Notes: generated by a model from the sequence alone, not told the origin. A stretch of 64,000 bases of DNA from an uncultured Veillonellaceae bacterium (GCA_963805085.1 CAWDTA010000004.1:128001-192000); one strand, 5' to 3'. Positions 11,991 through 22,191 are shown, counted from the first letter of the stretch. A program made the numbers and translations.

Positions 11991-12014
11991 ACATACCACC
12001 TACTAAACGAGTTT

Positions 12015-12074
12015 TTTGATTTTTTGACCTTTTACTTTATTTTTTATTATATTTGACCTTTTGACTATTTGCAA
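12015..12074 (-). promoter_or_regulatory. sigma-A promoter of ctsR operon with CtsR heptad repeats
   Basis: TTGCAA-N17-TATAAT on the - strand; spacer contains AGTCAAA-A-GGTCAAA; another GGTCAAA lies downstream of the -10. Confidence 0.8.
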
Positions 12075-12224
12075 TCATTTTTATAAAAAAATAGGGCATA
12101 TCGCCCTATTTTTTTATACTCTTATTTCATTTACCACAAAACACGGGAATTTAGAACCTTCTCATTCTTTACTATGATACTTATTATTATACTGCATTTT
12201 TTTATTTCTATTACAGTTCATTAC

Positions 12225-13133
12225 CTATTGTAAAGCCTCTTTTAATACCTGCGCATTTTTTTTCATGGCATTGAGGTATGAATCATAACTATCTTTAGTT
12301 GTTTCTCCAGTTACGACTGGGTCTAAGCTATATACTTTTGCGCCAGTTTCCTTTGCAATGGTTTCAGCTGCACTTGCTGGATATTGTGGCTCAGCAAATA
12401 ATGCTTTTATTTTTAACTCTTTGATTTGTTTGATGGTTTCTTCCAACTCTTTTGGTGTAGGTTCTGTACCTGGCTCACGTTCAATCACCGAAATAATATT
12501 TAAATTAAATTCTTTTGCAAAGTACGGGAATGCTTCATGGAATGTAACGATATTTTTATTTGGTAAACTATCGATCTCCTTATGCATATCCGTTTTTAGC
12601 ATTTCTAGCTTTTTCACATATTCTGCCGCATTTTTTTGGTACTGATCCGCATGGTCTTTGTCAATCGCGGATAACTCTTCAGCAATATTATTTACTTGCT
12701 TAATCGCATCTGTAATACTAACCCAAACATGTGGATTTTCTTCGCCATTATCTTTTAACAACGTAATATCCTTACTCGCATCAACAATCTTTAGATTCGC
12801 TTGTTGTTTCACGACTTTATCTAGGAATGCTTCCATTCCAGCACCATTTACAACAAAAGCATTTGCTTTTTCTAAAGTTTTTAAATCTTCTGGTGTTAAT
12901 TGATAATCATGCAAACACCCCACTTGTGGCTTAGTCATATTTTTTACTTCGACACCTTCTACACCCTTCGTTATATTAATCGTTGCTATGTACATCGGAT
13001 AAAATGACGTAACAATACTAAACTTCGCTTTATCATTTTTTGCTACTTCACTCGTCTTATTTGCCCCACACCCAACTAAAATAACAGAACTGATCAATAT
13101 CCCTATTATAAATTGAACCAATCTTAATCGCAT
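12225..13133 (-). CDS. metal (Zn/Mn) ABC transporter substrate-binding lipoprotein, ZnuA/AdcA family
   Basis: lipobox LVGC, LHDYQLTP, NPHVW, FHEAFPYF motifs. Confidence 0.92.
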   Translation of the reverse strand: MRLRLVQFIIGILISSVILVGCGANKTSEVAKNDKAKFSIVTSFYPMYIATINITKGVEGVEVKNMTKPQVGCLHDYQLTPEDLKTLEKANAFVVNGAGMEAFLDKVVKQQANLKIVDASKDITLLKDNGEENPHVWVSITDAIKQVNNIAEELSAIDKDHADQYQKNAAEYVKKLEMLKTDMHKEIDSLPNKNIVTFHEAFPYFAKEFNLNIISVIEREPGTEPTPKELEETIKQIKELKIKALFAEPQYPASAAETIAKETGAKVYSLDPVVTGETTKDSYDSYLNAMKKNAQVLKEALQ

Positions 13134-13241
13134 TTCTTTATTCCCCCAAGTCATTTAAATACGTAACATCTTAATTAATAATATTACTATTTAGTATGAT
13201 ACATGATTATAGTTTTAAATTCAATAGGGAACAAAATGTTT

Positions 13242-13258
13242 TTGATAATTATTTTCAA
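13242..13258. promoter_or_regulatory. Fur-family-like operator
   Basis: palindrome TTGATAAT-T-ATTTTCAA upstream of the metal-binding protein gene; a Zur-like half site ATTACTATTTA at 13183-13193. Confidence 0.4.
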
Positions 13259-13375
13259 TTAGCTACCAAAATGACAAAAAAATGATTATAAAACAGAAGC
13301 CGCCAACCTAGCTTTTATTCTATAATCATTTAAATGAAAAAACATTTAATTATCAAATCAAAAACTTACAAGTTA

Positions 13376-14023
13376 CTAACTGCACTGAACAATTTCTACA
13401 CTATTACTCGTCCCTAAACGATTTGCCCCTGCTTCAATCATGATGCTTGCATCTTCTTTTGAACGAATCCCGCCCGCGGCTTTTACGCCTATGGTATCGC
13501 CAACGGTCTTACGCATGAGGATAACGTCTTCTTTCAATGCACCACCATTAGAGAAGCCCGTTGACGTTTTAACAAAGTCTGCGCCAGCGTTTACTACAAG
13601 TTGACAAGCAAGCTTCTTTTCCGCATCAGTTAATAAACAATTCTCGATGATTACCTTTACCAACGCTTTTCCCTTTGCTACGTTAGTAACCGCTTTGATA
13701 TCTTGCTCAACATAGGTGCTGTCGCCGCCTTTTAATTTTCCTACGGCAATTACCATATCCACTTCATTTGCCCCATCATCGATCGCAGTTTGCGTTTCAA
13801 AGACTTTGACTGCCGTTGGGGTTGCCCCTTGTGGAAAGCCGATAACCGTACATACAGCCACACCTGTATCTTTTAATGCTTGCGCCGCATAAGTTACCCA
13901 TATCGGACTGATACAAACGGAGGCAAATTTATATTCTTTAGCCTCTGCCACTAACTTTGCGATATCTTTCTCCGTTGCTTCTGTCTTCAATAAAGTATGG
14001 TCAATCAATTTTTCATAACTCAT
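13376..14023 (-). CDS. deoC: deoxyribose-phosphate aldolase
   Basis: [30 protein letters not shown] motifs. Confidence 0.95.
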   Translation of the reverse strand: MSYEKLIDHTLLKTEATEKDIAKLVAEAKEYKFASVCISPIWVTYAAQALKDTGVAVCTVIGFPQGATPTAVKVFETQTAIDDGANEVDMVIAVGKLKGGDSTYVEQDIKAVTNVAKGKALVKVIIENCLLTDAEKKLACQLVVNAGADFVKTSTGFSNGGALKEDVILMRKTVGDTIGVKAAGGIRSKEDASIMIEAGANRLGTSNSVEIVQCS

Positions 14024-14048
14024 CTAATCACCTTTTCCTTTTCGTTTC

Positions 14049-14966
14049 TTAAAAGGACTTTGCTGCTGCTACAATATCTTCTGGCGTTAACTTATAATGT
14101 TTTAACAATTCATCGGGACTACCAGAACAACCGAAACAATCCTGAATGCCAACATACCGAATTGGCACTGGTTTCTCATACGATAATACTTCGCTAACAG
14201 CTGATCCTAATCCACCAATAATGGTATGTTCTTCAGCGGTTACAACTTTTCCTGTTTTTTCGGCAACGCGAACCAAAAGCTCTCGATCAATTGGTTTAAT
14301 GCTAGCGATATTTACTACCATTGCCTCGATACCTCCCGCCTTTAATTGTTTTGCTGCCTCTAAGGCTTTTGCCACCATGATCCCGGTAGCAATGATTGCT
14401 ACATCGCTCCCTTCACAAACAATTTCACCTTTTCCAATATCAAATTGATAATTTTCATCATGAATATCGGGCGTTGCAACCCGACTAATTCTTAAATAGA
14501 CTGGTCCCTCATACTCTATCGCCGCTCTAATCGCGAGTTCGGTTTCTTTGGCATCGGCTGGATTGAGGATAACCATATTGGGTAAACTGCGCATAAGTGC
14601 AATATCCTCAATCGCTTGATGTGTGCCTCCATCATAGCCCACCGTGACCCCAGCATGTGTTCCTACGAGTTTTACATTCAAATTCGCGTAAGCAACTGTA
14701 TTTCTGATTTGATCAAATGCCCGCCCCGTCAAAAACACGGAAAAAGTAGCAGCTATGGGAATTATATCACAAGTAGATAAACCAGCTGCCATCCCAATCA
14801 TATCCTGCTCGGCAATACCGACATCAATATAGCGCTGTGGGCATACTTTTTTAAATGCAATTGCTTTGGTTGCTTTTCCTAAATCAGCATCCAACACTAC
14901 AATACGAGGATCATCACAATAACTTTGCAATGTTCTTCCGAACACATCTCTAATTGCTATACTCAT
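14049..14966 (-). CDS. transketolase, C-terminal subunit
   Basis: GIAEQ, DGGTHQ and AEEH motifs. Confidence 0.93.
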   Translation of the reverse strand: MSIAIRDVFGRTLQSYCDDPRIVVLDADLGKATKAIAFKKVCPQRYIDVGIAEQDMIGMAAGLSTCDIIPIAATFSVFLTGRAFDQIRNTVAYANLNVKLVGTHAGVTVGYDGGTHQAIEDIALMRSLPNMVILNPADAKETELAIRAAIEYEGPVYLRISRVATPDIHDENYQFDIGKGEIVCEGSDVAIIATGIMVAKALEAAKQLKAGGIEAMVVNIASIKPIDRELLVRVAEKTGKVVTAEEHTIIGGLGSAVSEVLSYEKPVPIRYVGIQDCFGCSGSPDELLKHYKLTPEDIVAAAKSF

Positions 14967-15783
14967 TATGCATACCTCCTAGTTCAACTAAAGCTTGTTT
15001 GCATTGTTCTTCATTTGGTACATTACCATGCCAATTAAGATCATTTTCCATATAAGAAATACCTTTGCCTTTTACTGTTTTTGCAATGATAACAGTTGGC
15101 TTCCCTTTATAGGTGATAGATTCATCTATCGCATTACGAATGGCCTCTACATCATGCCCATCAATTTCAAGTACATTCCAGCCAAACATTTTAAATTTAC
15201 CATCAATAGGTGCAATACCCATAATCTCTTGATTACTACCATTGATTTGCAAACCATTATAATCGACAAATAACGTTACATTATCTAATTTGTAATGTGC
15301 TGCGCTCATTGCTGCTTCCCAGATTTGACCTTCTTGCAATTCACCATCGCCTACTAATGCATATACCTGATACTTTTTATTATTTAATTTTCCAGCAAGT
15401 GCCATCCCATTGGCGATAGATAGTCCTTGCCCCAAAGAGCCAGACGACATATCAAGGCCTGGAGTAGCCTTCATATCGGGATGACCTTGCAATCTTGATT
15501 GAAATTGCCGTAGTGTCAACAGTTCTTTTCTCGGGAAATATCCTCGTTCTGCTAGTACTGCATATAAGCCTGTTGCGCCATGTCCTTTAGATAAAATGAA
15601 ACGATCGCGTCCCTGCCATTTGGGCTGATCTACTTTAATGTTCATTTTAGCAAAATAAAGTACTGTTAGTATTTCCACCATAGACAAAGCACCACCTGGA
15701 TGACCAGTTTTTGCCGTCGCTAACATATTCACAATATCAATACGTACCTGTCTTGCTATTTCGTTTAATTCTGCTTTATTCAT
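14950..15783 (-). CDS. transketolase, N-terminal (TPP-binding) subunit
   Basis: GHPGG, LSKGH, GSLGQG and GDGE motifs. Confidence 0.93.
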   Translation of the reverse strand: MNKAELNEIARQVRIDIVNMLATAKTGHPGGALSMVEILTVLYFAKMNIKVDQPKWQGRDRFILSKGHGATGLYAVLAERGYFPRKELLTLRQFQSRLQGHPDMKATPGLDMSSGSLGQGLSIANGMALAGKLNNKKYQVYALVGDGELQEGQIWEAAMSAAHYKLDNVTLFVDYNGLQINGSNQEIMGIAPIDGKFKMFGWNVLEIDGHDVEAIRNAIDESITYKGKPTVIIAKTVKGKGISYMENDLNWHGNVPNEEQCKQALVELGGMHNEYSN

Positions 15784-15881
15784 GTTATTCCGCCTTTCTT
15801 CAATTCTAATAAGTAAGAGGCTCTTGCATTTGCTTTATCACAACTGCAAGAGCTCTTCCTAGCTTAGATATAATCAACGTT

Positions 15882-17165
15882 TTATTTGAATAGTTGTAAT
15901 ATATTACCTAACAGAATACCAACTACACCGAAATCAGCATCACTAAATGTCGTATTGGCAAAACCAAGGTCGCCTAATACTGGCATTAATAAAACTGGCA
16001 AGAAGGTAATTAGCACCCCTTGGGCAAAAGCCCCAGCGATAGCGCCTCTCAGACCGCCTGTTGCATTACCGAATACCCCTGCAGTTGCCCCGCAGAAGAA
16101 ATGAGGTACGACACCTGGTAAAATGATTGGCAAACCAGGAATAGATTTATCTAACATAAGTAAGACAATCATCCCTATTACACCACCAGCAAAACTAGAT
16201 AAGAAACCAATCAACACTGCATTTGGTGCATAAGGATAAACTACCGGACAGTCAATCGCTGGCTTTGCATCTGGCACTAGGGTGGTCGCAATTCCACTAA
16301 ATGCAGGAACTATTTCAGCAAGTACCAATCTAACACCAGCTAGGATAATATATACACCACCGGCAAAAGTAATTGCCTGGATAATTGAAAATACGATAAA
16401 GTGCTGACCGCCACTTAATTCTTTTTCTACATAAGCAGGCCCTGAAGCGATAGCTACAATTAGATAAAGAACCAACATAACAAGGGAAACAGCTAACGAA
16501 GAATCTCTTAAAAAACTCAGACCTTGTGGGAAGTTGATATCTTCTGTTGTTTTTTCTTTATTGCCTACCAAGGAACCAATCCAAGCGGAAAATACATAGC
16601 CAATGGTACTAAAATGTCCAAACGCTACATCGTCAGTTCCAGTAATCTTACGCATCGTTGGTTGTGCAATTGCTGGGAATAACGCCATAATAAATCCTAG
16701 AATAATTGAACCAACGATCACGAGGGAAATACCTTGCATGCCACCAACAGCCAAAATCGATGCAATCATACAAGCCATATATAAAGTATGATGCCCCGTT
16801 AAAAAAATGTATTTCAGTGGAGTAAAACGGGCAATTAAAACATTCATCACCATACCAAATGCCATAATCAACGCTGTTTGGGTGCCATACGTTTTCAAAG
16901 CCATCGCAACAATCGCTTCATTATGAGGCACTACGCCATTAATGTTAAACCCATGCTGGAACATTGCTCCAAAGCTTGATAATGCACCAACAACGATTCC
17001 AGCACCACCACCAAGAATAAGGAAACCTAAAATTGTTTTAATCGTTCCTTTAATAATATCTGCACTACTTTTCTTTAAGGCTATGAGACCAATCATAGAA
17101 ATTAATCCAACTAAAATTGCTGGAACACTAAGAATATCAAGTATAAACTGTAACATCTTATTCAC
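15882..17165 (-). CDS. PTS ascorbate-family IIC component (UlaA/SgaT-like)
   Basis: IFLTGHH, AFGHF, DCPVVYPYAPNA, VPHFF motifs. Confidence 0.92.
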   Translation of the reverse strand: MNKMLQFILDILSVPAILVGLISMIGLIALKKSSADIIKGTIKTILGFLILGGGAGIVVGALSSFGAMFQHGFNINGVVPHNEAIVAMALKTYGTQTALIMAFGMVMNVLIARFTPLKYIFLTGHHTLYMACMIASILAVGGMQGISLVIVGSIILGFIMALFPAIAQPTMRKITGTDDVAFGHFSTIGYVFSAWIGSLVGNKEKTTEDINFPQGLSFLRDSSLAVSLVMLVLYLIVAIASGPAYVEKELSGGQHFIVFSIIQAITFAGGVYIILAGVRLVLAEIVPAFSGIATTLVPDAKPAIDCPVVYPYAPNAVLIGFLSSFAGGVIGMIVLLMLDKSIPGLPIILPGVVPHFFCGATAGVFGNATGGLRGAIAGAFAQGVLITFLPVLLMPVLGDLGFANTTFSDADFGVVGILLGNILQLFK

Positions 17166-17179
17166 CCTCTCTTTTATTT

Positions 17180-17449
17180 TTAATCTACTAAGGCTGCTCC
17201 AATTTTTTCTTTTAACTCATTCTTGTCAATCATGCTGTTTAACGATACTACTTTTCCACCTAAAGAAGTTAATTGCGATGCGATATCACGTGTACCGACA
17301 TAAATATCTGCTTTAATACCCGAAGCTGATGATAGATCACTATGATCTACCGTAGCCTCTACCCCTAACTCAGCCAATACTTTTTTAATGTTCATTTCAA
17401 TCATAAAACTGCTGCCAAGACCATTACCACAACACACTAAAATTTTCAT
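17180..17449 (-). CDS. PTS IIB component (UlaB-like)
   Basis: CGNGLGSS phosphorylation motif. Confidence 0.92.
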   Translation of the reverse strand: MKILVCCGNGLGSSFMIEMNIKKVLAELGVEATVDHSDLSSASGIKADIYVGTRDIASQLTSLGGKVVSLNSMIDKNELKEKIGAALVD

Positions 17450-17478
17450 GATAATTCCTCCTATTTTTTCTATGTAAA

Positions 17479-17928
17479 TTAATTGGAATACTGCTTGATG
17501 ATATTGAGCACTGAACTCACCTGACTAGCAGACATAATTGCTTGCATATCTTTTTCATTCGATAATAGTTCCATCAGACTTGCTAATAAAGATAAATGTC
17601 CTTTATTATCCGTTGTCGCAAATGTAAAAACTAATTTGGCTGGATCATTTGTTATATTGCCAAATTCAATTGGTGCTTTTAATGTAACTAAACTAATGGA
17701 GACTTTTTTCGCTCCATCTTCTGGTCTGGCATGTGCCAAGACAATCCCTGGTGCGACTACCATGTATGGTCCAAAGTTTTCATGATGATGGATAATTGCA
17801 TCTAAGTAACTTGGCTCTATACACTTTTTTTCCAGCAATAGATCAGTTCCCGCTTTCACAGCATCCTTCCAATTATCACAGGCAACATTTAACCTGATAC
17901 AATCACACGTTAAAAAATCAGCTAACAT
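17479..17928 (-). CDS. PTS IIA component (UlaC-like)
   Basis: GPYMVVAPGIVLAHARPEDG motif. Confidence 0.9.
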   Translation of the reverse strand: MLADFLTCDCIRLNVACDNWKDAVKAGTDLLLEKKCIEPSYLDAIIHHHENFGPYMVVAPGIVLAHARPEDGAKKVSISLVTLKAPIEFGNITNDPAKLVFTFATTDNKGHLSLLASLMELLSNEKDMQAIMSASQVSSVLNIIKQYSN

Positions 17929-17944
17929 GACTTATTACCCCATT

Positions 17945-20005
17945 TTATAAAGATTTAAAATCCTCATTCTCTTCCTTTAATGTAAAATTTCTAATCAACG
18001 ATATGACTTCCATTTTATCCTTGCATCTTCTCAACGTTTGCATTGCCACAGGATCATTAAAAACCTGCCACAATTCATAAAGAACTCTTAAATGTGATTT
18101 ATAATCTACTGCACCAAACGCAAAAATCAAATCTACAGGATCATTGGCTTGGCTGCCAAAATTCACAGGCTTCGTCAGTCTTACCATACTGAGACATATC
18201 TTATTTACGCCATCTTCACACCTTGCGTGTGGCATGGCTAACCCTGGTCCAATCACAATATAAACGCCTATGTCTTTCACACATTGGATCATACTATCTA
18301 CATATCTTTTTTCAACTGATTTGGTAGCTACCAGTAGCTTTCCAGCCGATTTGATTGCTTCTTCCCAATCCATTGCTTCTACATCAAGTGCAATGTTTTC
18401 TGGTAACAGTACATCTTGTAATGATATTTCATTTAGATGCTTTGTATCAACTTTTTCTATTGATGTAAATTTTTTATTGTAGAAATACTGAATTTGATTT
18501 TCAACCACAGTAATGCCTGCCTCAGACAAAATAGGGGATACCTGCAAAACTGCAACATGTTCTAGTTTTAATGCTATCGTACTAATGACAATATCAATAT
18601 CTTCTAATTCTGTTTCCTTCATTTCATAAACTGATACTGTCTTTTTGATATTCAAGTAGGGCATTCGATTTTTTAACGTAATTGCCAATAAATTTGCTGT
18701 ACCGATACCATTTCCACAAACGAGCAATACTTGCAATTTTTTTAAAGTACGAATTTTTTTACGTTCAATCGCACCCCCTAAATGAATCGTTAAATATCCG
18801 ATTTCATCTTCCGATATCTTGATTCCCAAACTACGCTCAATTTCTCCAACAGCCCTTAAGGCAATCATAAATAAGTTGCCGTACTGCTCTCTTATTTGTG
18901 GCAATAAAGGGTTGATCAACTCCATGCCATACTTTGCCCGTTCGACTGCTGGTTGTAAATGCAAAGCCAGATTATACATCAATTCTTCATCGTCTAAATA
19001 GATATCACCTAACCATACCTGACAATGCTCAACGAATGTCTTTGCGATATTCAATGCCACTAAATTTACCGAATCATGTTCAAGTCCTATATTCTTTTCA
19101 TCAGAAAAAATATAAATCTTACTACTCAGCAATTTTTGGGTAATAAACTGGCTTTCCATTCTATCGCAAATTGTTTCATTATATCTAGAAAGCTCTACTA
19201 CAATTTTTTTTGAAAAATCCTCTAGCAAATCCAATTGATAATGATCCAATCGCTGACTTTCTAAGTTTAAGATTTTTTTCTTCATATTCAATCTTTTTAA
19301 TTGTACAATGAGTGCCAGTACCATGTGATTGATCGAAAAATCATAGCAAGGTAACTTATTCTCGTTAACTAAACCTATAAAAAATTTAGCGATTTCCCTT
19401 ACTGGTAATTCCTTTGCATACTCCCGAAATAAGATGACTTCATATGAAGAATCATCTCCACAAATATTAGTAGCCCCAAAATCATGTAGACAATTAGAAA
19501 AAATATGAATTAATAAATTACGAATTGCCTCTTCGCTACCTTCCACCCATAAACCCAAACCCCGTTTAGAGCAAAGATTTAACTGGTGCTGCACCAATAA
19601 CTTTTTTACGCTTTTTAAATCGGTAAGCAAGGTACTTCTACTAATTGATAGCTTGACTGCCAAGTGTTCTGTAGAAATATACGTGTTATCATTTAAAATA
19701 TTCACGATAATTGCATTACAACGTTCTTCTTTAGTCAATACGTATTCGTAGTATTCTGACCAACAAGCAGCTTGCTCTTTTGCTTGATTTTCTAGGATCG
19801 ATTCTAGCCAAATACCTTTTTGAGCCTTTTTGCAAAGTATCTGCCCTTTTTTTTGCAATTCACTACCAATAGCATCTAGATCATAGCGAACCGTTCTTTG
19901 ACTTACGCCAAGTATCTGCGCGATTTTTTCCACGGTAAGCGGAGCTTTGCAAAAACTTGTTTCGAGCAACTTCAGTAACTCTTGTCTACGTGTATTAATA
20001 ATGAT
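17945..20005 (-). CDS. PRD-containing transcriptional activator (MtlR/LicR type: HTH-PRD-EIIB-EIIA)
   Basis: HTH SQRTVRYDL, PRD His motifs (LALHL, LTIHL), CGNGIGT EIIB, AMPHAR EIIA; frame open upstream to an ATC at 20005 after AAGGGG. Confidence 0.9.
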   Translation of the reverse strand: MIINTRRQELLKLLETSFCKAPLTVEKIAQILGVSQRTVRYDLDAIGSELQKKGQILCKKAQKGIWLESILENQAKEQAACWSEYYEYVLTKEERCNAIIVNILNDNTYISTEHLAVKLSISRSTLLTDLKSVKKLLVQHQLNLCSKRGLGLWVEGSEEAIRNLLIHIFSNCLHDFGATNICGDDSSYEVILFREYAKELPVREIAKFFIGLVNENKLPCYDFSINHMVLALIVQLKRLNMKKKILNLESQRLDHYQLDLLEDFSKKIVVELSRYNETICDRMESQFITQKLLSSKIYIFSDEKNIGLEHDSVNLVALNIAKTFVEHCQVWLGDIYLDDEELMYNLALHLQPAVERAKYGMELINPLLPQIREQYGNLFMIALRAVGEIERSLGIKISEDEIGYLTIHLGGAIERKKIRTLKKLQVLLVCGNGIGTANLLAITLKNRMPYLNIKKTVSVYEMKETELEDIDIVISTIALKLEHVAVLQVSPILSEAGITVVENQIQYFYNKKFTSIEKVDTKHLNEISLQDVLLPENIALDVEAMDWEEAIKSAGKLLVATKSVEKRYVDSMIQCVKDIGVYIVIGPGLAMPHARCEDGVNKICLSMVRLTKPVNFGSQANDPVDLIFAFGAVDYKSHLRVLYELWQVFNDPVAMQTLRRCKDKMEVISLIRNFTLKEENEDFKSL

Positions 20006-20177
20006 ATGTACCAGCCCCTTATGCAGAACGTTCTGTATACTTATATTGTAATGAGTTCCCTAACCTGGAACAAGTTTAATAATTGTCACATTATTCTTGC
20101 AATTCTTGCCACAATTAGATTTTACAAAATAAAAAAGGTTATTGCAAAATTGCAACAACCCTTTTGACGTTTTCAAC

Positions 20178-21122
20178 TTATAAATTTATAGCGTTAGCAC
20201 TTGATAGCGCAACTTTTGCTTCACGAATCATCGTTTCGATAATATCTTTTGCAGGTTCGACTTTTCTTAACGGTAGTAAACTTTGCCCTGCCAGCACCAT
20301 GCCATTTTCAACATCGCCATTGATCGCAGACAGCTTATTCGTCCCAGTAGCAAGTTTAATGAGCTCTGCTTCTGGTGTGCCTTTTCTTTCTAATTCAACA
20401 AAATTCAATGAAAATTTATTTTTTAAGCCCCGCACACCATGTCCGATGGATTGTCCTGTTACGATAGAGTCTGTATCGATTGCTTCTATTAGTTTATCTT
20501 TTACATTATTATGTACTTTACATTCCTCAGCAATTAAAAAACGAGTTCCCATTTGTACCCCTGCTGCTCCCATAATTAAAGCTGCGGCTAGTCCACGACC
20601 ATCAGCGATGCCACCGGCAACAACAACAGGAATTTTCACCGCTGGAATAACCTGTGTCATCAGTGGCATTGTTGTAATCACACCAATATGTCCACCTGCT
20701 TCCATCCCTTCAATGATGATAGCATCAGCACCAGCAGCTTCAACACGTGTTGCAAGTTTTACATTTGGGACAACAGGAATTATTTTTACGCCTGCCGTTT
20801 TTAACTTTTGGAAAAATGGCACTGGATTACCTGCCCCTAGTGTTACAAACGCAACCTTTTCTTCACATACAACATCAATAATTTCTTCTTTGTTCGGGGA
20901 CATCAGTTGTACATTGACCCCAAATGTTTTATCAGTTAAGGTTCTAGCCAATTTAATCTGTTCTCTCACGAAACTAGCATCACGACCACCAGCTGATATA
21001 ATACCGGCACCACCAGCATTGGATACGGCAGCAGCAAGATTCGCTTCGGAAACCCAAGCCATGCCGCCTTGAATAATTGGATATTTAATATTAAGTATAT
21101 TTGTTATAGTATTACTCATCAT
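20178..21122 (-). CDS. fabK: enoyl-ACP reductase II (FabK / nitronate monooxygenase family)
   Basis: PIIQGGMAWV, EAGGHIG, AGGIADGRG, VQMGTRF, AGQ motifs; AGGAG RBS. Confidence 0.82.
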   Translation of the reverse strand: MMSNTITNILNIKYPIIQGGMAWVSEANLAAAVSNAGGAGIISAGGRDASFVREQIKLARTLTDKTFGVNVQLMSPNKEEIIDVVCEEKVAFVTLGAGNPVPFFQKLKTAGVKIIPVVPNVKLATRVEAAGADAIIIEGMEAGGHIGVITTMPLMTQVIPAVKIPVVVAGGIADGRGLAAALIMGAAGVQMGTRFLIAEECKVHNNVKDKLIEAIDTDSIVTGQSIGHGVRGLKNKFSLNFVELERKGTPEAELIKLATGTNKLSAINGDVENGMVLAGQSLLPLRKVEPAKDIIETMIREAKVALSSANAINL

Positions 21123-21134
21123 AATCTCCTTTTT

Positions 21135-21257
21135 AGAGACTGTTACAAAATCCCCATCTGCGTTGCTCATCCTGCGAGCACTCGCTCAACGTACTACACG
21201 TACGCCCTCGCTCGTATTCCCGCCCTGCCTAGCATCGGGCATCCTGTAACATTCTCT
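21135..21257 (-). repeat. dispersed ~120-nt hairpin element, copy B (abuts fabK RBS)
   Basis: AGAGACTGTTACA...TGTAACATTCTCT ends; same core as copy A. Confidence 0.85.
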
Positions 21258-21519
21258 TTTAAATAAGTCTTTTTTTATTTTACCATAAATTACTAGATAT
21301 ATTCACCATTATTCTACAATTCTCCAAAAGAAAGAATCAGATAAAAACCTTTACTTTCATGCCTTAACAAATTATAATAATAAATTGTATGATAATATCT
21401 AATTCTAATAGAGTGCCTATCAAACCAAGTTAAGGTTTTGACCTGCCATCCTATCAATTTTTGAGGAATATGTTGCGCCTCAAGATCATTACTTAATTTA
21501 TTAAAGGGGCGATATTTTA

Positions 21520-21975
21520 GTGAAAATTCTTGCTAGACACTTAACTGTCGATATGTACGGTTGCAAATCAAATAATTTAAATAGCCTTATAGATTTAAAA
21601 GAAACCATCAAAAAAGCTGTGGAAGAATCCAACATGACTTTGTTAGACGAAAACATGCAGTTTCTTGAGGGAGATCAGCTAACTGCTCTACTATTGTTAC
21701 ATGAAGGTCATATTAGTATTCACAATTACCCTGCTTTAGGTTATACAGCAATCGATATTTTTACTTGTAGTGAAAATAGTCGTCCAGAAAGAACAGTTGC
21801 TGCAATAAAAGCTATTTTAAAACCTGAAAAGACAAAAACAACATATCTAAGACGTGGCGACTTCGGTGCTATAAAAGATATGAAACCAAAAATAAAAGTA
21901 AGCGTAGCGCCATTACGCCGTATTCGTAATACTGGTGCTAGGGTGATTAAATTATTATCACGTAAACCCCGTTAA
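21520..21975 (+). CDS. S-adenosylmethionine decarboxylase proenzyme homologue (SpeD/SpeH fold) lacking the pyruvoyl Ser
   Basis: RHLTVDMYGC, HISIHNYP, AIDIFTC motifs; EGH in place of ESH. Confidence 0.8.
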   Translation: MKILARHLTVDMYGCKSNNLNSLIDLKETIKKAVEESNMTLLDENMQFLEGDQLTALLLLHEGHISIHNYPALGYTAIDIFTCSENSRPERTVAAIKAILKPEKTKTTYLRRGDFGAIKDMKPKIKVSVAPLRRIRNTGARVIKLLSRKPR

Positions 21976-21987
21976 TCAACTAATTAC

Positions 21988-22024
21988 AAAACGAGCAAAG
22001 GCGTTCAAGTCTATGCTCGTTTTT
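21988..22024 (+). terminator. bidirectional-type terminator
   Basis: AAAACGAGCA...TGCTCGTTTTT. Confidence 0.7.
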
Positions 22025-22191
22025 ATTTTTTGTTTTTTATTGACTTGCAACGTTAAATAACTATTTTATGAAATTTGACTTTATTATATAATGATAAAAC
22101 TAATTTGGCAATAATTAAAAATTCACTAGATTTTTTTATTTTATAAACATTATCTTAACTATTATAAATAGATCTTATAAATATTTTAAGA

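Noticed and set aside
20098-20112. Sigma-54 promoter-like TGGCA...TTGCA upstream of the PRD regulator
   Set aside because: GG-to-GC spacing is 8 nt rather than the required 10
20164-21072. 302-aa ORF on + strand
   Set aside because: Antisense shadow of fabK, with no RBS or motifs; the same applies to the shadows of ispD, clpC, gntP and topB
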